Positions 18,953-28,518 of a DNA stretch of 64,000 nt are shown here, one piece after another. Source of the DNA: Acetobacteraceae bacterium. GTDB taxonomy: Bacteria; Pseudomonadota; Alphaproteobacteria; Acetobacterales; Acetobacteraceae. The notes under the pieces are model-generated. The model was not told the origin of the DNA, did no database searches, and saw nothing but the letters and a program-made list of their open reading frames with translations. The stretch covers positions 158,171 through 222,170 of the forward strand of contig CBDAQJ010000002.1 of NCBI GenBank assembly GCA_965199155.1. Reading direction: 5' to 3'. A program made the translations under genes and the position numbers. How positions within the stretch are numbered: the stretch's first letter is position 1; each line of letters starts with the position of its first letter.

Positions 18953-21900
18953 ATATTTCCGCGCCGTTCATCGCGCGACCGGTCGCGACAACGCTGCTCG
19001 CGGTGGCGATGGTGATCGCCGGCATGTTCGCGTTCGTGCGGCTGCCAGTGGCCCCGATCCCGTCGGTCGATTTCCCGACCATCCAGGTGCAGGCGCAGGA
19101 AGCGGGGGCCAGCCCCGACATCATCGCGAGCACGGTCGCCGAGCCTTTGGAACTCCATCTCGCGGCGATCGCCGACGTCACCGAGATCACCTCGCAGAAC
19201 ACGCTCGGCGAAAGCCGGATCACCATCCAGTTCGCACTCTCGCGCGACATCAACGGGGCGGCGCGCGACGTCGAGGCGGCGATCCAGGCGGCGCGCGCCG
19301 ACCTGCCGTCGACGCTGCGCACGAACCCGAGCTATCACAAGTTCAACCCGGCGGGCTCGCCGGTGATGGTGCTGGCGCTGACATCGAAGACGCGCACGCC
19401 GGCACAGCTCTACGACTCCGCCGAGAACATCATCGCCCAGCGCCTGCAGCAGGTGACGGGCGTGGGCTTCGCCGATATCGGCGGCAGCGCGCTGCCCGCC
19501 GTGCGCGTCGAGCTGAACCCGCAGGCGCTGTTCAAGTTCGGGATCGGGCTCGAGACGCTGCGCGCCGCGATCGCGTCCGCCAACGCCGACACGCCGAAGG
19601 GCGTGATCGACACCCCGAGCGGACGGTTTCAGCTCTACACGAACGACATCGCGAGCAAGGCTGCTCAATACCGCAAGCTGATCGTGGGCTGGATCAACCA
19701 GTCGCCGGTGAAGCTCGCCGATGTCGCGACCATCGAGGACAGCACCGAGGATCTGCGCGAGGCGGGTTTCCTGAACGCCGAGCAGGCGGTGGTGATGATC
19801 ATCTTCCCGACACCGGGGGCGAACATCGTCAAGACGATCGACAGCATCCGCGCGGTGCTGCCGGAGCTCACGCTCCAGCTGCCGGCGGACGAGAAGCTGA
19901 CGGTTGCCGCCGATCGCTCGATCGCGATCCGCGCCTCGCTCGCCGACACCGAGCGCACGCTGGTGATCGCGGTGATCCTGGTGACGCTGGTCACCTACCT
20001 GTTCCTGCGCAACCTGCGCGCGACGATCATCCCGTCGGTGGTCGTGCCCGCCTCGATCATCGCGACGTTCGGGCCGATGTACCTGCTCGGCTTCTCGCTC
20101 GACAATCTCTCGCTGATGGCACTCACGGTCGCCACCGGCTTCGTGGTCGACGATGCGATCGTGGTGCTGGAGAACATCTCGCGGCACATGGAAGACGGGA
20201 TGGGCCGCCATGACGCAGCGTTGCTCGGCGCACGCGAGGTGGGCTTCACCGTGCTGTCGATCACCGTCTCGCTGATCGCGGTGTTCGTGCCGATCCTGCT
20301 GATGCAGGGGATCGTGGGACGGCTGTTCCGCGAGTTCGCGGTGACGCTCTCGATCACCATCGTGATCTCGATGGTGCTGGCGCTCACGCTCACGCCGATG
20401 ATGTGCTCGCTGTTCCTCGAGCCGCCGCCGCATGCGGCCGATCCGGACCATCGGCCGAACATCGTGCTGCGCGGCGCCGAGCGCGTGCTCGACTGGATGC
20501 TGCGGGGCTACGAGCGCAGCCTGCGCTGGTCGCTGCGGCACGGCGTGCTGCTGATGCTGTCGCTGGTCGCGGCCGTGGTGGGGACCGGCTATCTCGCCAC
20601 CAAGGTTCCGAAAGGGTTCTTCCCGAACCAGGATACCGGGCTGATGATGGGCACGCTCCAGGGCGACCAGAGCATCTCGTTCCAGAACATGTCGCGCAAG
20701 TTGCGCCAGGCGCAGCGCATCATCGCGGCCGACCCGGCGGTGCAGAGCGTGATCGGCTTTACGGGCGGCCGCGGCACCAATCAGGGGCAGATGTTCGTCC
20801 AGCTCAAGCCGCTCGCCCAGCGCGTGGCGGTGGAGCTGGTGATCGCGCGACTGCGCCCGAAGCTTTCGCATCTCGTCGGTGCGCGCGCCTTTCTGTTCGG
20901 CGCCGAGGACGTGCGCGCGGGCGGACGGCAAAGCAACGCCGCCTACCAGTACACGCTGCAGGCCGATGACTCGCAGCTGCTCTACCAATGGACGCCGAAG
21001 CTCGTGGCGGCGCTGCAGAAGCGGGCCGAGCTTACGGATGTCAGTTCCGATCAACAGCAGGGCGGTCTCGAAACCGAGGTCGGGATCGACCGCAACACTG
21101 CCGGACGCCTGGGTGTCACGCCGGCGGCGATCGACGACACGCTGTACGACGCCTACGGACAGCGGCTGGTGTCGACCATCTTCACGCAGCTCGCGCAGTA
21201 TCACGTCGTTCTCGAAGTGGCCCCGCGCTACTGGCAGGATGCGGATAGTTTGAGCCAGATCTATGTCAGCACCTCGCCGGTGACGGTTGCGGGGACGGCC
21301 AGCACCAGCACGATCACCAACGGCACGCGGACCAGTGCCGGCACCAACAGCAACGCCACGAACAACGTGACCGAGGGAAGCGCCACCGCCACCTCGGCGA
21401 CCTCGAGTGCGAGCGCGGCCACGGCAGCCGAAGCGGCACTGTCGATCAACTCGCTCGCGAGCGGCGGCTCGGCCTCGACCTCGGCGGCCGCCTCGGTCGC
21501 GACATCATCCTCGACCATGGTGCCGCTGAAAGCGATCACCACCATCAGGACGGGCTTCACGCCGATCACGGTGAACCATCAGGGCGAGTTCGTGGCCTCC
21601 ACGGTCTCGTTCAACCTGCCCACGGGCGAGGCGCTCGGCGTGGCCGCGCAGGTGATCAACGAGGAGGCGCTCGCGATCGGCATGCCGCACTCGATCCGCG
21701 GCGCATTCGCGGGAACCGCGCTGCAGTTCCAGCAGCAGGTCTCGAACGAGCCGGTGCTGATCTTCGCCGCACTCTGCGCGATCTACATCACGCTCGGCGT
21801 GCTCTACGAGAGCTACATCCACCCGCTGACGATCCTGTCCACGCTGCCGTCCGCGGGCGTGGGCGCACTGCTGGCACTTGTGCTGACGGGGCACGAGCTC

Positions 21901-22287
21901 GACGTGATTGGCTTCATCGGCATCATCCTGCTGATCGGCATCGTCAAGAAGAACGCGATCCTGCTGGTCGACTTCGCGCTGTCGGCGGAGCGCGAGCAGG
22001 GCATGTCGCCGGTCGATGCGATCACCGCCGCCTGCCTGCTGCGCTTCCGGCCGATCATGATGACGAGTTTCGCGGCCGCTTTCGGCGCATTGCCGCTCGC
22101 GTTCGGATCGGGCGAAGGTGCGACGCTGCGCCAGCCGCTCGGCATCTCCATCGTCGGCGGACTGATCGTCAGCCAGGCGCTGACGCTCTACACGACGCCC
22201 GTCGTCTATCTCGCCCTCGATCGGATGCGGCACCGCTTCAATGCGCGTCACCGCCGTCCCGGAGCCGCCACGGCCATTCAAGCATGA
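18949..22287 (+). CDS. mdtC: RND multidrug efflux permease, MdtC type, with an ~80-aa Ser/Thr/Ala-rich insertion
   Basis: TTGA overlap with mdtB (TTG start). RPVATTLLAVAM...LPVAPIPSVDFPTIQV...RDINGAARDVEAAI parallels E. coli MdtC. 1112 aa versus about 1025 as typical. Confidence 0.9.
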   Translation: MNISAPFIARPVATTLLAVAMVIAGMFAFVRLPVAPIPSVDFPTIQVQAQEAGASPDIIASTVAEPLELHLAAIADVTEITSQNTLGESRITIQFALSRDINGAARDVEAAIQAARADLPSTLRTNPSYHKFNPAGSPVMVLALTSKTRTPAQLYDSAENIIAQRLQQVTGVGFADIGGSALPAVRVELNPQALFKFGIGLETLRAAIASANADTPKGVIDTPSGRFQLYTNDIASKAAQYRKLIVGWINQSPVKLADVATIEDSTEDLREAGFLNAEQAVVMIIFPTPGANIVKTIDSIRAVLPELTLQLPADEKLTVAADRSIAIRASLADTERTLVIAVILVTLVTYLFLRNLRATIIPSVVVPASIIATFGPMYLLGFSLDNLSLMALTVATGFVVDDAIVVLENISRHMEDGMGRHDAALLGAREVGFTVLSITVSLIAVFVPILLMQGIVGRLFREFAVTLSITIVISMVLALTLTPMMCSLFLEPPPHAADPDHRPNIVLRGAERVLDWMLRGYERSLRWSLRHGVLLMLSLVAAVVGTGYLATKVPKGFFPNQDTGLMMGTLQGDQSISFQNMSRKLRQAQRIIAADPAVQSVIGFTGGRGTNQGQMFVQLKPLAQRVAVELVIARLRPKLSHLVGARAFLFGAEDVRAGGRQSNAAYQYTLQADDSQLLYQWTPKLVAALQKRAELTDVSSDQQQGGLETEVGIDRNTAGRLGVTPAAIDDTLYDAYGQRLVSTIFTQLAQYHVVLEVAPRYWQDADSLSQIYVSTSPVTVAGTASTSTITNGTRTSAGTNSNATNNVTEGSATATSATSSASAATAAEAALSINSLASGGSASTSAAASVATSSSTMVPLKAITTIRTGFTPITVNHQGEFVASTVSFNLPTGEALGVAAQVINEEALAIGMPHSIRGAFAGTALQFQQQVSNEPVLIFAALCAIYITLGVLYESYIHPLTILSTLPSAGVGALLALVLTGHELDVIGFIGIILLIGIVKKNAILLVDFALSAEREQGMSPVDAITAACLLRFRPIMMTSFAAAFGALPLAFGSGEGATLRQPLGISIVGGLIVSQALTLYTTPVVYLALDRMRHRFNARHRRPGAATAIQA

Positions 22288-23903
22288 CAACCCGCATGTC
22301 CCCGCTCGTCGCGACGCTGCTGGCGTCGACGCTCCTCGCCGGCTGCATGGTCGGTCCCGATTACCGGCGCCCCAAGGTCGAGACGCCGGCGCGCTTCAAG
22401 GAAGCGCGTCCCCTGCCCGGCTGGCAGGTCGGCGCACCGGCGAACGCGGACATGCCGAAGGGCGCGTGGTGGACGATCTACAACGATCCCATTCTCGACA
22501 GTCTCGAGGACGAGGTCGTGCGATCGAACCAGTCGCTGCGCGCGCAGGAGGCGGCGTACGCCCAGGCGGCGGCGCTGGTCGACGAGGCGCGCGGCTCGCT
22601 GTTCCCGACCGTGTCGCTCACGCCGGAAGCGCAGCGCTCGGGCACCGGCGGCAGGACCAGCAGCGTTGCCGCGACCGGCATCACGAGTGCTGCGAGTTCG
22701 GGCACCACGGGAACGGGCACCACGGGCACGGGCACGGGCACGGGCGGCATGACGGGTGCCACCGGCAGCACGGTGACTTATAATTCGGGATCGGCCACGT
22801 CGACGCTCGAGCTGCAAGGCAATGTCAGCTGGGATATCGATCTCTGGGGCCGCGTCCGGCGCGAGGTCGAGAGCGAGGCGGCAGCCGCGCAGGCGAGTGC
22901 GGCGACGCTCGCGAACACGCGGCTGTCGCTCGAGGCCAATCTCGCCACCGACTATTTCGATCTCCGCTCGCAGGACAGCCTCAAGAAGCTGCTCGATCGC
23001 ACCGTGGTCGATTACCAGCGCAACGTGGACATTCTGCGCAATCAGGTTCGGGCTGGCACCGGCAACCCGTCCGACTACCTGCAGGCGCTGACCACGCTGC
23101 GTCAGGCGCAGGCGTCCGACGTGCAGGTCGGAATCGCGCGCGCGGAATACGAGCACGCGATCGCGGTGCTCACCGGCCATGCGCCTGCCGACCTCGCACT
23201 CGCGATGGGCGATCTGCAGAACTACGTGCCCGAAGTGCCGCCGGGCATTCCGTCCGACCTGCTGCAGCGCCGACCCGACATCGCCGAATACGAGCGCGAC
23301 GTCGAGGAGGCGAATGCGCAGATCGGTGTCGAGATTGCGGCCTTCTACCCGGACGTCACGTTGTCCGCCTCCGGTGGCTGGTCGGGAAGCCAGCTCAGCA
23401 CGCTGTTCAGTCTGGCGAACACGGTTTGGTCGCTCGGCTCGTCGGCCACCGAGACGCTGTTCGAGGGAGGGATCCGATCGGCCGCGGTGCGTGCGGCGCG
23501 CGCGTCGTACGACGAGGCGGTCGCCAATTATCGCGAGACCGTGCTGACGGCGTTCCAGGGCGTCGAGGACCAGCTCGCCTCGCTTCGCATCCTGAAAGAC
23601 CAGGCGGAGGCGGAGCGGCTCGCCGTGGATGCGGCGAACCAGAGCGTCACGGTGGCGCTGAACGAGTATAACGCCGGAACTGAATCCTACACGACGGTGG
23701 TCACCGCCGAGACGAGCGCCCTGTCGGATGCGGAGAACGCGCTTACTGTCCAGCAGGATCGGCTGACCGCGAGCGTGGCGCTGGTCGAGGATCTGGGCGG
23801 CGGGTGGGACACGGCACACATGCCGAGCAAGGACAGTCTGCAGACGAACGAACCGTTCCTGCCGGAGTTCGTCGACCCGACGCGCGTGCCGTCGCCTGGC
23901 TGA
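22284..23903 (+). CDS. Efflux outer-membrane factor lipoprotein, NodT family
   Basis: ATGA overlap with mdtC. Lipobox STLLAGC followed by GPDYRRP. WW..Y.DP.L..L and DLWGRVRR motifs. Confidence 0.9.
   Translation: MTTRMSPLVATLLASTLLAGCMVGPDYRRPKVETPARFKEARPLPGWQVGAPANADMPKGAWWTIYNDPILDSLEDEVVRSNQSLRAQEAAYAQAAALVDEARGSLFPTVSLTPEAQRSGTGGRTSSVAATGITSAASSGTTGTGTTGTGTGTGGMTGATGSTVTYNSGSATSTLELQGNVSWDIDLWGRVRREVESEAAAAQASAATLANTRLSLEANLATDYFDLRSQDSLKKLLDRTVVDYQRNVDILRNQVRAGTGNPSDYLQALTTLRQAQASDVQVGIARAEYEHAIAVLTGHAPADLALAMGDLQNYVPEVPPGIPSDLLQRRPDIAEYERDVEEANAQIGVEIAAFYPDVTLSASGGWSGSQLSTLFSLANTVWSLGSSATETLFEGGIRSAAVRAARASYDEAVANYRETVLTAFQGVEDQLASLRILKDQAEAERLAVDAANQSVTVALNEYNAGTESYTTVVTAETSALSDAENALTVQQDRLTASVALVEDLGGGWDTAHMPSKDSLQTNEPFLPEFVDPTRVPSPG
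22721..22744 (+). repeat. Perfect hexanucleotide tandem repeat (CACGGG)x4, with imperfect units upstream, inside the OMF gene
   Basis: Read directly. Encodes (TG)n within the low-complexity insertion TGTGTTGTGTGTGG. Confidence 0.9.
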
Positions 23904-24129
23904 GCGGTCTGCTCGATAGGGGTCGCGCTATGGCAAGCGGGTCCGGGATAACGAACGCGGCGTGCGCGGTAGCTGCTCGGCTCGAGCATCGATCTGACGA
24001 ACGTGACGAACGCGGGCGACCTGTCCTTGCGATGCACACATCGGTTGATCGCTTGCGGAAAACGGAACGCTCATCCGCAACTGACCAGGGCAGCGATCCG
24101 AGGCACCCCCCGGACCGCTGCCGATTGCG

Positions 24130-24300
24130 TCAGATCCTGCGTGCCGCGGTGATGCCGAGCACGAGGAAGATGATGCAGATGATCAGGAACACGACGAACA
24201 GGAACTTGGCGATGCCGGCCGCCGCCGCCGATATGCCGCCGAACCCGAACAAGGCCGCGACGATCGAGATGATGAAGAAGATAAGCGCCCATTTCAACAT
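24130..24300 (-). CDS. DUF1328 (UPF0391) small membrane protein, 56 aa
   Basis: [49 protein letters not shown] is the canonical family sequence. Internal ATG 24300 of ORF 24130..24414. Confidence 0.85.
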   Translation of the reverse strand: MLKWALIFFIISIVAALFGFGGISAAAAGIAKFLFVVFLIICIIFLVLGITAARRI

Positions 24301-24335
24301 GGCCGGTCCGCCTTTCGAGTTCGAGATGGCGGCGC

Positions 24336-24361
24336 AACGCCCACGGGATTGATGCGGTTGC
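24336..24361 (-). promoter_or_regulatory. Candidate EcfG-type general-stress-response promoter (GCAAC-N17-CGTT) upstream of the DUF1328 gene
   Basis: One mismatch to the GGAAC-N16/17-CGTT consensus I recall for alphaproteobacterial EcfG sigma factors. Ends 35 nt before the ATG. Weak on its own. Confidence 0.25.
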
Positions 24362-24368
24362 GGGCGAC

Positions 24369-24401
24369 GGGGTGCCGGCGCCCGAACGGCGCCGGCACCC
24401 C
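24369..24401 (-). terminator. Perfect 14-bp GC-rich hairpin directly after the csbD-like stop codon (no U-tract)
   Basis: GGGGTGCCGGCGCC-cgaac-GGCGCCGGCACCCC read directly. Begins 10 nt downstream of the TGA at 24411-24413. Confidence 0.45.
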
Positions 24402-24410
24402 CCCTGCAGT

Positions 24411-24665
24411 TCACAGACGGCCGAGGAGCAGCCCGACCAGCAGGCCCACGCCGGCCGCGGCCGCGATCGTGGTGATCGGACGGTCGGCTGCGAGATCGCG
24501 GACCGTGTCCAATGCCTCGCCGTAGCTCGACTGGACGTCGCCGATGAACTCGTTCGCCTGGCCGCGCGCCTCGGTGTCGCTGTCGCCGAACACGCTTCCG
24601 GCGGTCTCCTGGACCTTGCCCGTGACGTTCTTGATCGTGCCTTCGACGCGGTTCTCATCAACCAT
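24411..24665 (-). CDS. CsbD-family stress protein with a C-terminal hydrophobic tail
   Basis: [36 protein letters not shown] is the CsbD pattern. AAGGAG lies 7 nt before the ATG. Confidence 0.85.
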   Translation of the reverse strand: MVDENRVEGTIKNVTGKVQETAGSVFGDSDTEARGQANEFIGDVQSSYGEALDTVRDLAADRPITTIAAAAGVGLLVGLLLGRL

Positions 24666-24827
24666 GAAATGCTCCTTTCGAGCGATCTATCCGAGTGGTG
24701 CGGCAACAACGCAGCATCGCCGCGCAAGATGCGTCGGGTCGCACGGGAACGACGGCGTGTCCAGGGCGCTGGAGCGGTCGTCAGACGCAACGAACCTATG
24801 CTGCAGCACGAGGACGGCGCCGAGCCC

Positions 24828-25877
24828 ATGAAACTGTTCACCTGCCAGGCGTGCCAGTCGATGCTGTTCTTCGAGAACCGCCGCTGCGAATGCTGCGGCC
24901 ACGCGCTCGGCTACCTGCCGGACCTCGCCGAGCTGTCGGCGCTCGAAGCGGATGGCGATGCGTTCATGGCACTTGGCGAGCCCACGCGGCGCTACCGGCT
25001 CTGCGCAAACGCGGAGCATGACGTCTGCAACTGGCTGGTCGAGGCGGATGCGCCCAACCCGTACTGCGCCGCCTGCTGCCACAATCGCACCATCCCGGAT
25101 ATCGGAGGCGCGGAGAGCCTGGAGCGCTGGCGGAAGCTGGAGTTTGCCAAGCACCGGCTGTTCTACTCGCTGATCCGGTTGGGCATCCCCCTTCCCGATC
25201 GGAACCAGGACCCGAACGAGGGGCTGGTGTTCGACTTCCTCGAGGAGCAGCCGGGTCACAAGGTGCTGACCGGGCACGACAACGGCATCATCACCATCGC
25301 CGCCAAGGAAGCCGATGACGGGGTGCGCGAGGAGCTCCGCCACCAGATGCACGAGAGCTACCGCACGCTGCTCGGCCATTTCCGCCACGAGGTCGGGCAC
25401 TGGATCTGGGACCGGCTGGTGCGCGACGGCGGCCATCTGGAGGAATGCCGCGCGCTGTTCGGTGACGACACGCTCGACTACCAGGCGGCGCTGAACCGGC
25501 ACTACGCGGAAGGTGCGCCGGCGAACTGGAGCGACCACCACATCTCGGCCTACGCGACCACCCATCCGTGGGAGGACTTTGCCGAGACCTGGGCGCACTA
25601 TCTGCACATCATGGACACGCTGGAGACGGGTAGCGCGTTCGGCATCTCGGTGCGGCCGGTGGCAGCGCCGGCGGGGGACCTGTCGACCGATGTGAGGCTC
25701 GATCCCTATCGTACCGCGGATTTCGGCGTTCTGCTCGACGGTTGGCTGCCGCTGGTGTTTGCGGTGAACAGCCTGAACCGGAGCATGGGGTTGTCGGATC
25801 TCTATCCGTTCGTGATCAGCGACGATGTGCGGCGGAAGCTGGGGTTCATGCACATGATTGCGCGTGGGGCGGACTAG
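24828..25877 (+). CDS. Zinc-ribbon plus putative HExxH zinc-metallopeptidase domain protein (uncharacterised family)
   Basis: N-terminal CQAC...CECCG zinc ribbon. HFRHEVGHWIW (HExxH) and HPWEDFAETWAHY. In-frame ATG inside ORF 24372..25877, with an alternative ATG at 24798. Confidence 0.75.
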   Translation: MKLFTCQACQSMLFFENRRCECCGHALGYLPDLAELSALEADGDAFMALGEPTRRYRLCANAEHDVCNWLVEADAPNPYCAACCHNRTIPDIGGAESLERWRKLEFAKHRLFYSLIRLGIPLPDRNQDPNEGLVFDFLEEQPGHKVLTGHDNGIITIAAKEADDGVREELRHQMHESYRTLLGHFRHEVGHWIWDRLVRDGGHLEECRALFGDDTLDYQAALNRHYAEGAPANWSDHHISAYATTHPWEDFAETWAHYLHIMDTLETGSAFGISVRPVAAPAGDLSTDVRLDPYRTADFGVLLDGWLPLVFAVNSLNRSMGLSDLYPFVISDDVRRKLGFMHMIARGAD

Positions 25878-25999
25878 AAGAAGGCCAGGGGCTCTGCCCC
25901 TGGACCCCGCCAGGAGGGAAGGCCCTCCTGGACCTGCCTATTGAAAGGGGTCTGGGGTTAAGACCCCAGCGGGTCCAGGGCAGAGCCCTGGATTCTTCC
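25877..25999. repeat. Four-hairpin palindromic element, copy 3
   Basis: Shares the G of the upstream TAG stop. Hairpins: CCAGGGGCtctGCCCCTGG, CCAGGAGGGaaggCCCTCCTGG, CTGGGGTtaagACCCCAG, CCAGGGCagaGCCCTGG. Ends 26 nt before the rplQ stop on the opposite strand. Confidence 0.9.
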
Positions 26000-26025
26000 A
26001 GCGCTGCACGCAAAAGATAAGGTGC

Positions 26026-26460
26026 TCAATCGTAGTCGTTCGGGCTCTCGTCATCCTCGCGCGCTTCGGGCTTCGGGCCGCTGTCGAGGCCCTTCGCCGA
26101 GGGATCGCGATCCACCAGCTCGATCACCGCCATGTCGGCGGCATCGCCGTAGCGCACGCCGGCCTTCAGCACCCGCGTGTAGCCGCCGGCGCGTGCCTTG
26201 TAGCGATCGGCGATCGTCGAGAAGAGCTTGGAGACGATCACGTCGTCCCGCAGCTGCGCATAGGCCTGGCGGCGTGCATGCAGACCGCCGCGCTTGCCGA
26301 GCGTGATCAGGCGCTCCGCATACGGGCGGAGCTCCTTGGCCTTGGGCAGCGTGGTGGTGATCTGCTCGTGCTTGATCAGCGCCACCGCCATGTTGCGGAA
26401 CATGGCGAGGCGGTGGGACGAGGTGACGCCGAGCTTACGGCCGGCAATTCCGTGACGCAT
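26026..26460 (-). CDS. rplQ: 50S ribosomal protein L17
   Basis: [24 protein letters not shown]... canonical L17. Follows rpoA. Confidence 0.97.
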   Translation of the reverse strand: MRHGIAGRKLGVTSSHRLAMFRNMAVALIKHEQITTTLPKAKELRPYAERLITLGKRGGLHARRQAYAQLRDDVIVSKLFSTIADRYKARAGGYTRVLKAGVRYGDAADMAVIELVDRDPSAKGLDSGPKPEAREDDESPNDYD

Positions 26461-26475
26461 ATACGTGGTTCCTGA

Positions 26476-27495
26476 TCAGAACGGCTCGTCGAGACGCTTG
26501 GCGAGTTCCTCGATGTTCTCGGGCGGCCAGGTCGGCACGTTCATCCCGAGGCCGAGGCCCATGGAGGTGAGGACCTCCTTGATCTCGTTGAGCGACTTGC
26601 GGCCGAAATTCGGCGTGCGGAGCATCTCCTGCTCGGTCTTCTGAACGAGATCGCCGATATAGACGATGTTGTCGTTCTTCAGGCAGTTCGCAGAGCGGAC
26701 CGAGAGCTCGAGCTCGTCGACCTTGCGGAGCAGGTTGCGGTTGAACGGCAGGTCGTCCTGCGGCTCTTCCGCGCGAACCGGGCGCGGCTCGTCGAAGTTG
26801 ATGAAGAGCTGGAGCTGGTCCTGCAGGATGCGGGCGGCGAGCGCCACTGCGTCCTCGGGAGTGACGGCGCCATTGGTCTCCACGGTGAGCAGCAGCTTGT
26901 CGTAGTCGGTAACCTGGCCCACGCGGGTTGGCTCGACTTTGTAGGACACGCGGCGCACGGGCGAGTAGATCGCATCGACCGGGATGAGGCCGATGGTCGC
27001 GTCCTCGGGGCGGTTGGCGGCGGCGGGCACGTAACCCTTGCCGAGCTGGGCGGTGAGCTCCATGCCGAGCTTCACGCCTTCGTCGAGGGTGCAGATGACC
27101 AGATCGGGGTTCATCACCTCGATGTCGTGGCCGGTCTGGATCTGGCGCGCGGTGACCTCGCCGGGGCCGGTCGCCTGCAGCACCATGCGCTTGGGGCCTT
27201 CGCCGTGCATGCGAAGGGCGAGCTGCTTGATGTTGAGCACGATGTCGGTGACGTCCTCGCGGACGCCGGGGATCGAGCTGAACTCGTGCAGCACGCCGTC
27301 GATCTGCACCGAGATCACGGCGGCACCCTGCAGCGAGGAGAGCAGGATGCGACGGATCGCGTTGCCGAGCGTCATGCCGAAGCCGCGCTCGAGCGGCTCG
27401 GCCACGATCGTGGCGGTGCGGGACGGCTCGGCGCCGGGCTCGACTTCGAGCTTCTCCGGCTTGATCAGGCTTTGCCAGTTTCTCTGGAGCGCCAC
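26476..27495 (-). CDS. rpoA: DNA-directed RNA polymerase subunit alpha
   Basis: 339 aa. N-terminal domain [17 protein letters not shown] and C-terminal domain [21 protein letters not shown]. Confidence 0.98.
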   Translation of the reverse strand: MALQRNWQSLIKPEKLEVEPGAEPSRTATIVAEPLERGFGMTLGNAIRRILLSSLQGAAVISVQIDGVLHEFSSIPGVREDVTDIVLNIKQLALRMHGEGPKRMVLQATGPGEVTARQIQTGHDIEVMNPDLVICTLDEGVKLGMELTAQLGKGYVPAAANRPEDATIGLIPVDAIYSPVRRVSYKVEPTRVGQVTDYDKLLLTVETNGAVTPEDAVALAARILQDQLQLFINFDEPRPVRAEEPQDDLPFNRNLLRKVDELELSVRSANCLKNDNIVYIGDLVQKTEQEMLRTPNFGRKSLNEIKEVLTSMGLGLGMNVPTWPPENIEELAKRLDEPF

Positions 27496-27576
27496 GCGGG
27501 ACCCCCTTTTCTCTTCAACTGCGAAGGACCGGACGCTCGCGCGTCCGGCCCGGAATGTCTTGACGTTGTCGGCGGA

Positions 27577-27972
27577 TCAGACGCGGCGGCGCTTGCGCGG
27601 ACGGCACCCGTTATGCGGGATCGGCGTCATGTCGCGGATCGCGGTGATCGAGAAGCCCACGGCCTGCAGCGCACGGAGCGCGCTCTCGCGCCCCGAACCG
27701 GGACCGGACACCTCGATCTCGAGGGTCTCCATGCCGTGTTCCTTGGCCTTCTTGCCGGCATCCTCGGCGGCGACCTGGGCGGCGTATGGGGTCGACTTCC
27801 GGCTGCCCTTGAAACCCTGGCTGCCGGCCGACGACCACGCGATCGCGTTGCCCTGGGCGTCCGAGATGGTGATCATCGTGTTGTTGAACGTGGACAGGAC
27901 ATGCGCCACGCCGGAGATGATGTTCTTGCGTTCCTTCTTACGGGTACGCGGTGCTGCTGCGGCTCTCGCCAT
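27577..27972 (-). CDS. rpsK: 30S ribosomal protein S11
   Basis: [38 protein letters not shown] canonical S11. Confidence 0.97.
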   Translation of the reverse strand: MARAAAAPRTRKKERKNIISGVAHVLSTFNNTMITISDAQGNAIAWSSAGSQGFKGSRKSTPYAAQVAAEDAGKKAKEHGMETLEIEVSGPGSGRESALRALQAVGFSITAIRDMTPIPHNGCRPRKRRRV

Positions 27973-28016
27973 GTTCTTGCTTCCTGTGGCTGAAGATCAG
28001 GCTGATCGGGTGGAGA

Positions 28017-28394
28017 TCAGCGCGTGACCTTCTTCTTGCCGGCGATCGCGACCGCCTTGCCTTTGCGCGTGCGCGCATTCGTGTGGGTGCGCTGGCCGCG
28101 GACCGGGAGGCCACGACGGTGACGGAGGCCGCGGTAGCATCCGAGATCCATCAGGCGCTTGATGTTCATCGAGAGCTCGCGACGAAGATCGCCCTCGACC
28201 TGGAAGTCGCGGTCGATCAGCTCGCGGATGCGCAGGATCTCGTCGTCGGAGAGCTGGTTCACGCGGCGGTCGGCCGGGATGGCGAGCTGCGTGCAGATCT
28301 GCTCGGCTTTCGCGGGGCCGATCCCGTAGATGTAGCGGAGGCTGATCACGACCCGCTTGTTGGTCGGGATGTTCACACCGGCAATACGCGCCAC
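28017..28394 (-). CDS. rpsM: 30S ribosomal protein S13
   Basis: [29 protein letters not shown] start codon at 28392-28394. Confidence 0.97.
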   Translation of the reverse strand: MARIAGVNIPTNKRVVISLRYIYGIGPAKAEQICTQLAIPADRRVNQLSDDEILRIRELIDRDFQVEGDLRRELSMNIKRLMDLGCYRGLRHRRGLPVRGQRTHTNARTRKGKAVAIAGKKKVTR

Positions 28395-28518
28395 GCCAGT
28401 TTCTCCATGTCACAACCCGCATGTTCGACCATGCGGGGCCAATTGATCCGATCAGACCGGAAAGGGCCGGACGGCCGCGACTTCCGGCTGGAAGACAGCG
28501 CCCTTGCCAAGGGCGCGC

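Noticed and set aside
23904-24129. Possible small genes in the lower-GC gap after the OMF gene (parts of ORFs 23804..24352 + and 23687..24037 -).
   Set aside because: Codon usage is poor and there is no RBS. Both frames run into neighbouring real genes on the wrong strand or frame. Only a weak hairpin (GGCAGCG...CGCTGCC) downstream of the DUF1328 gene is visible.
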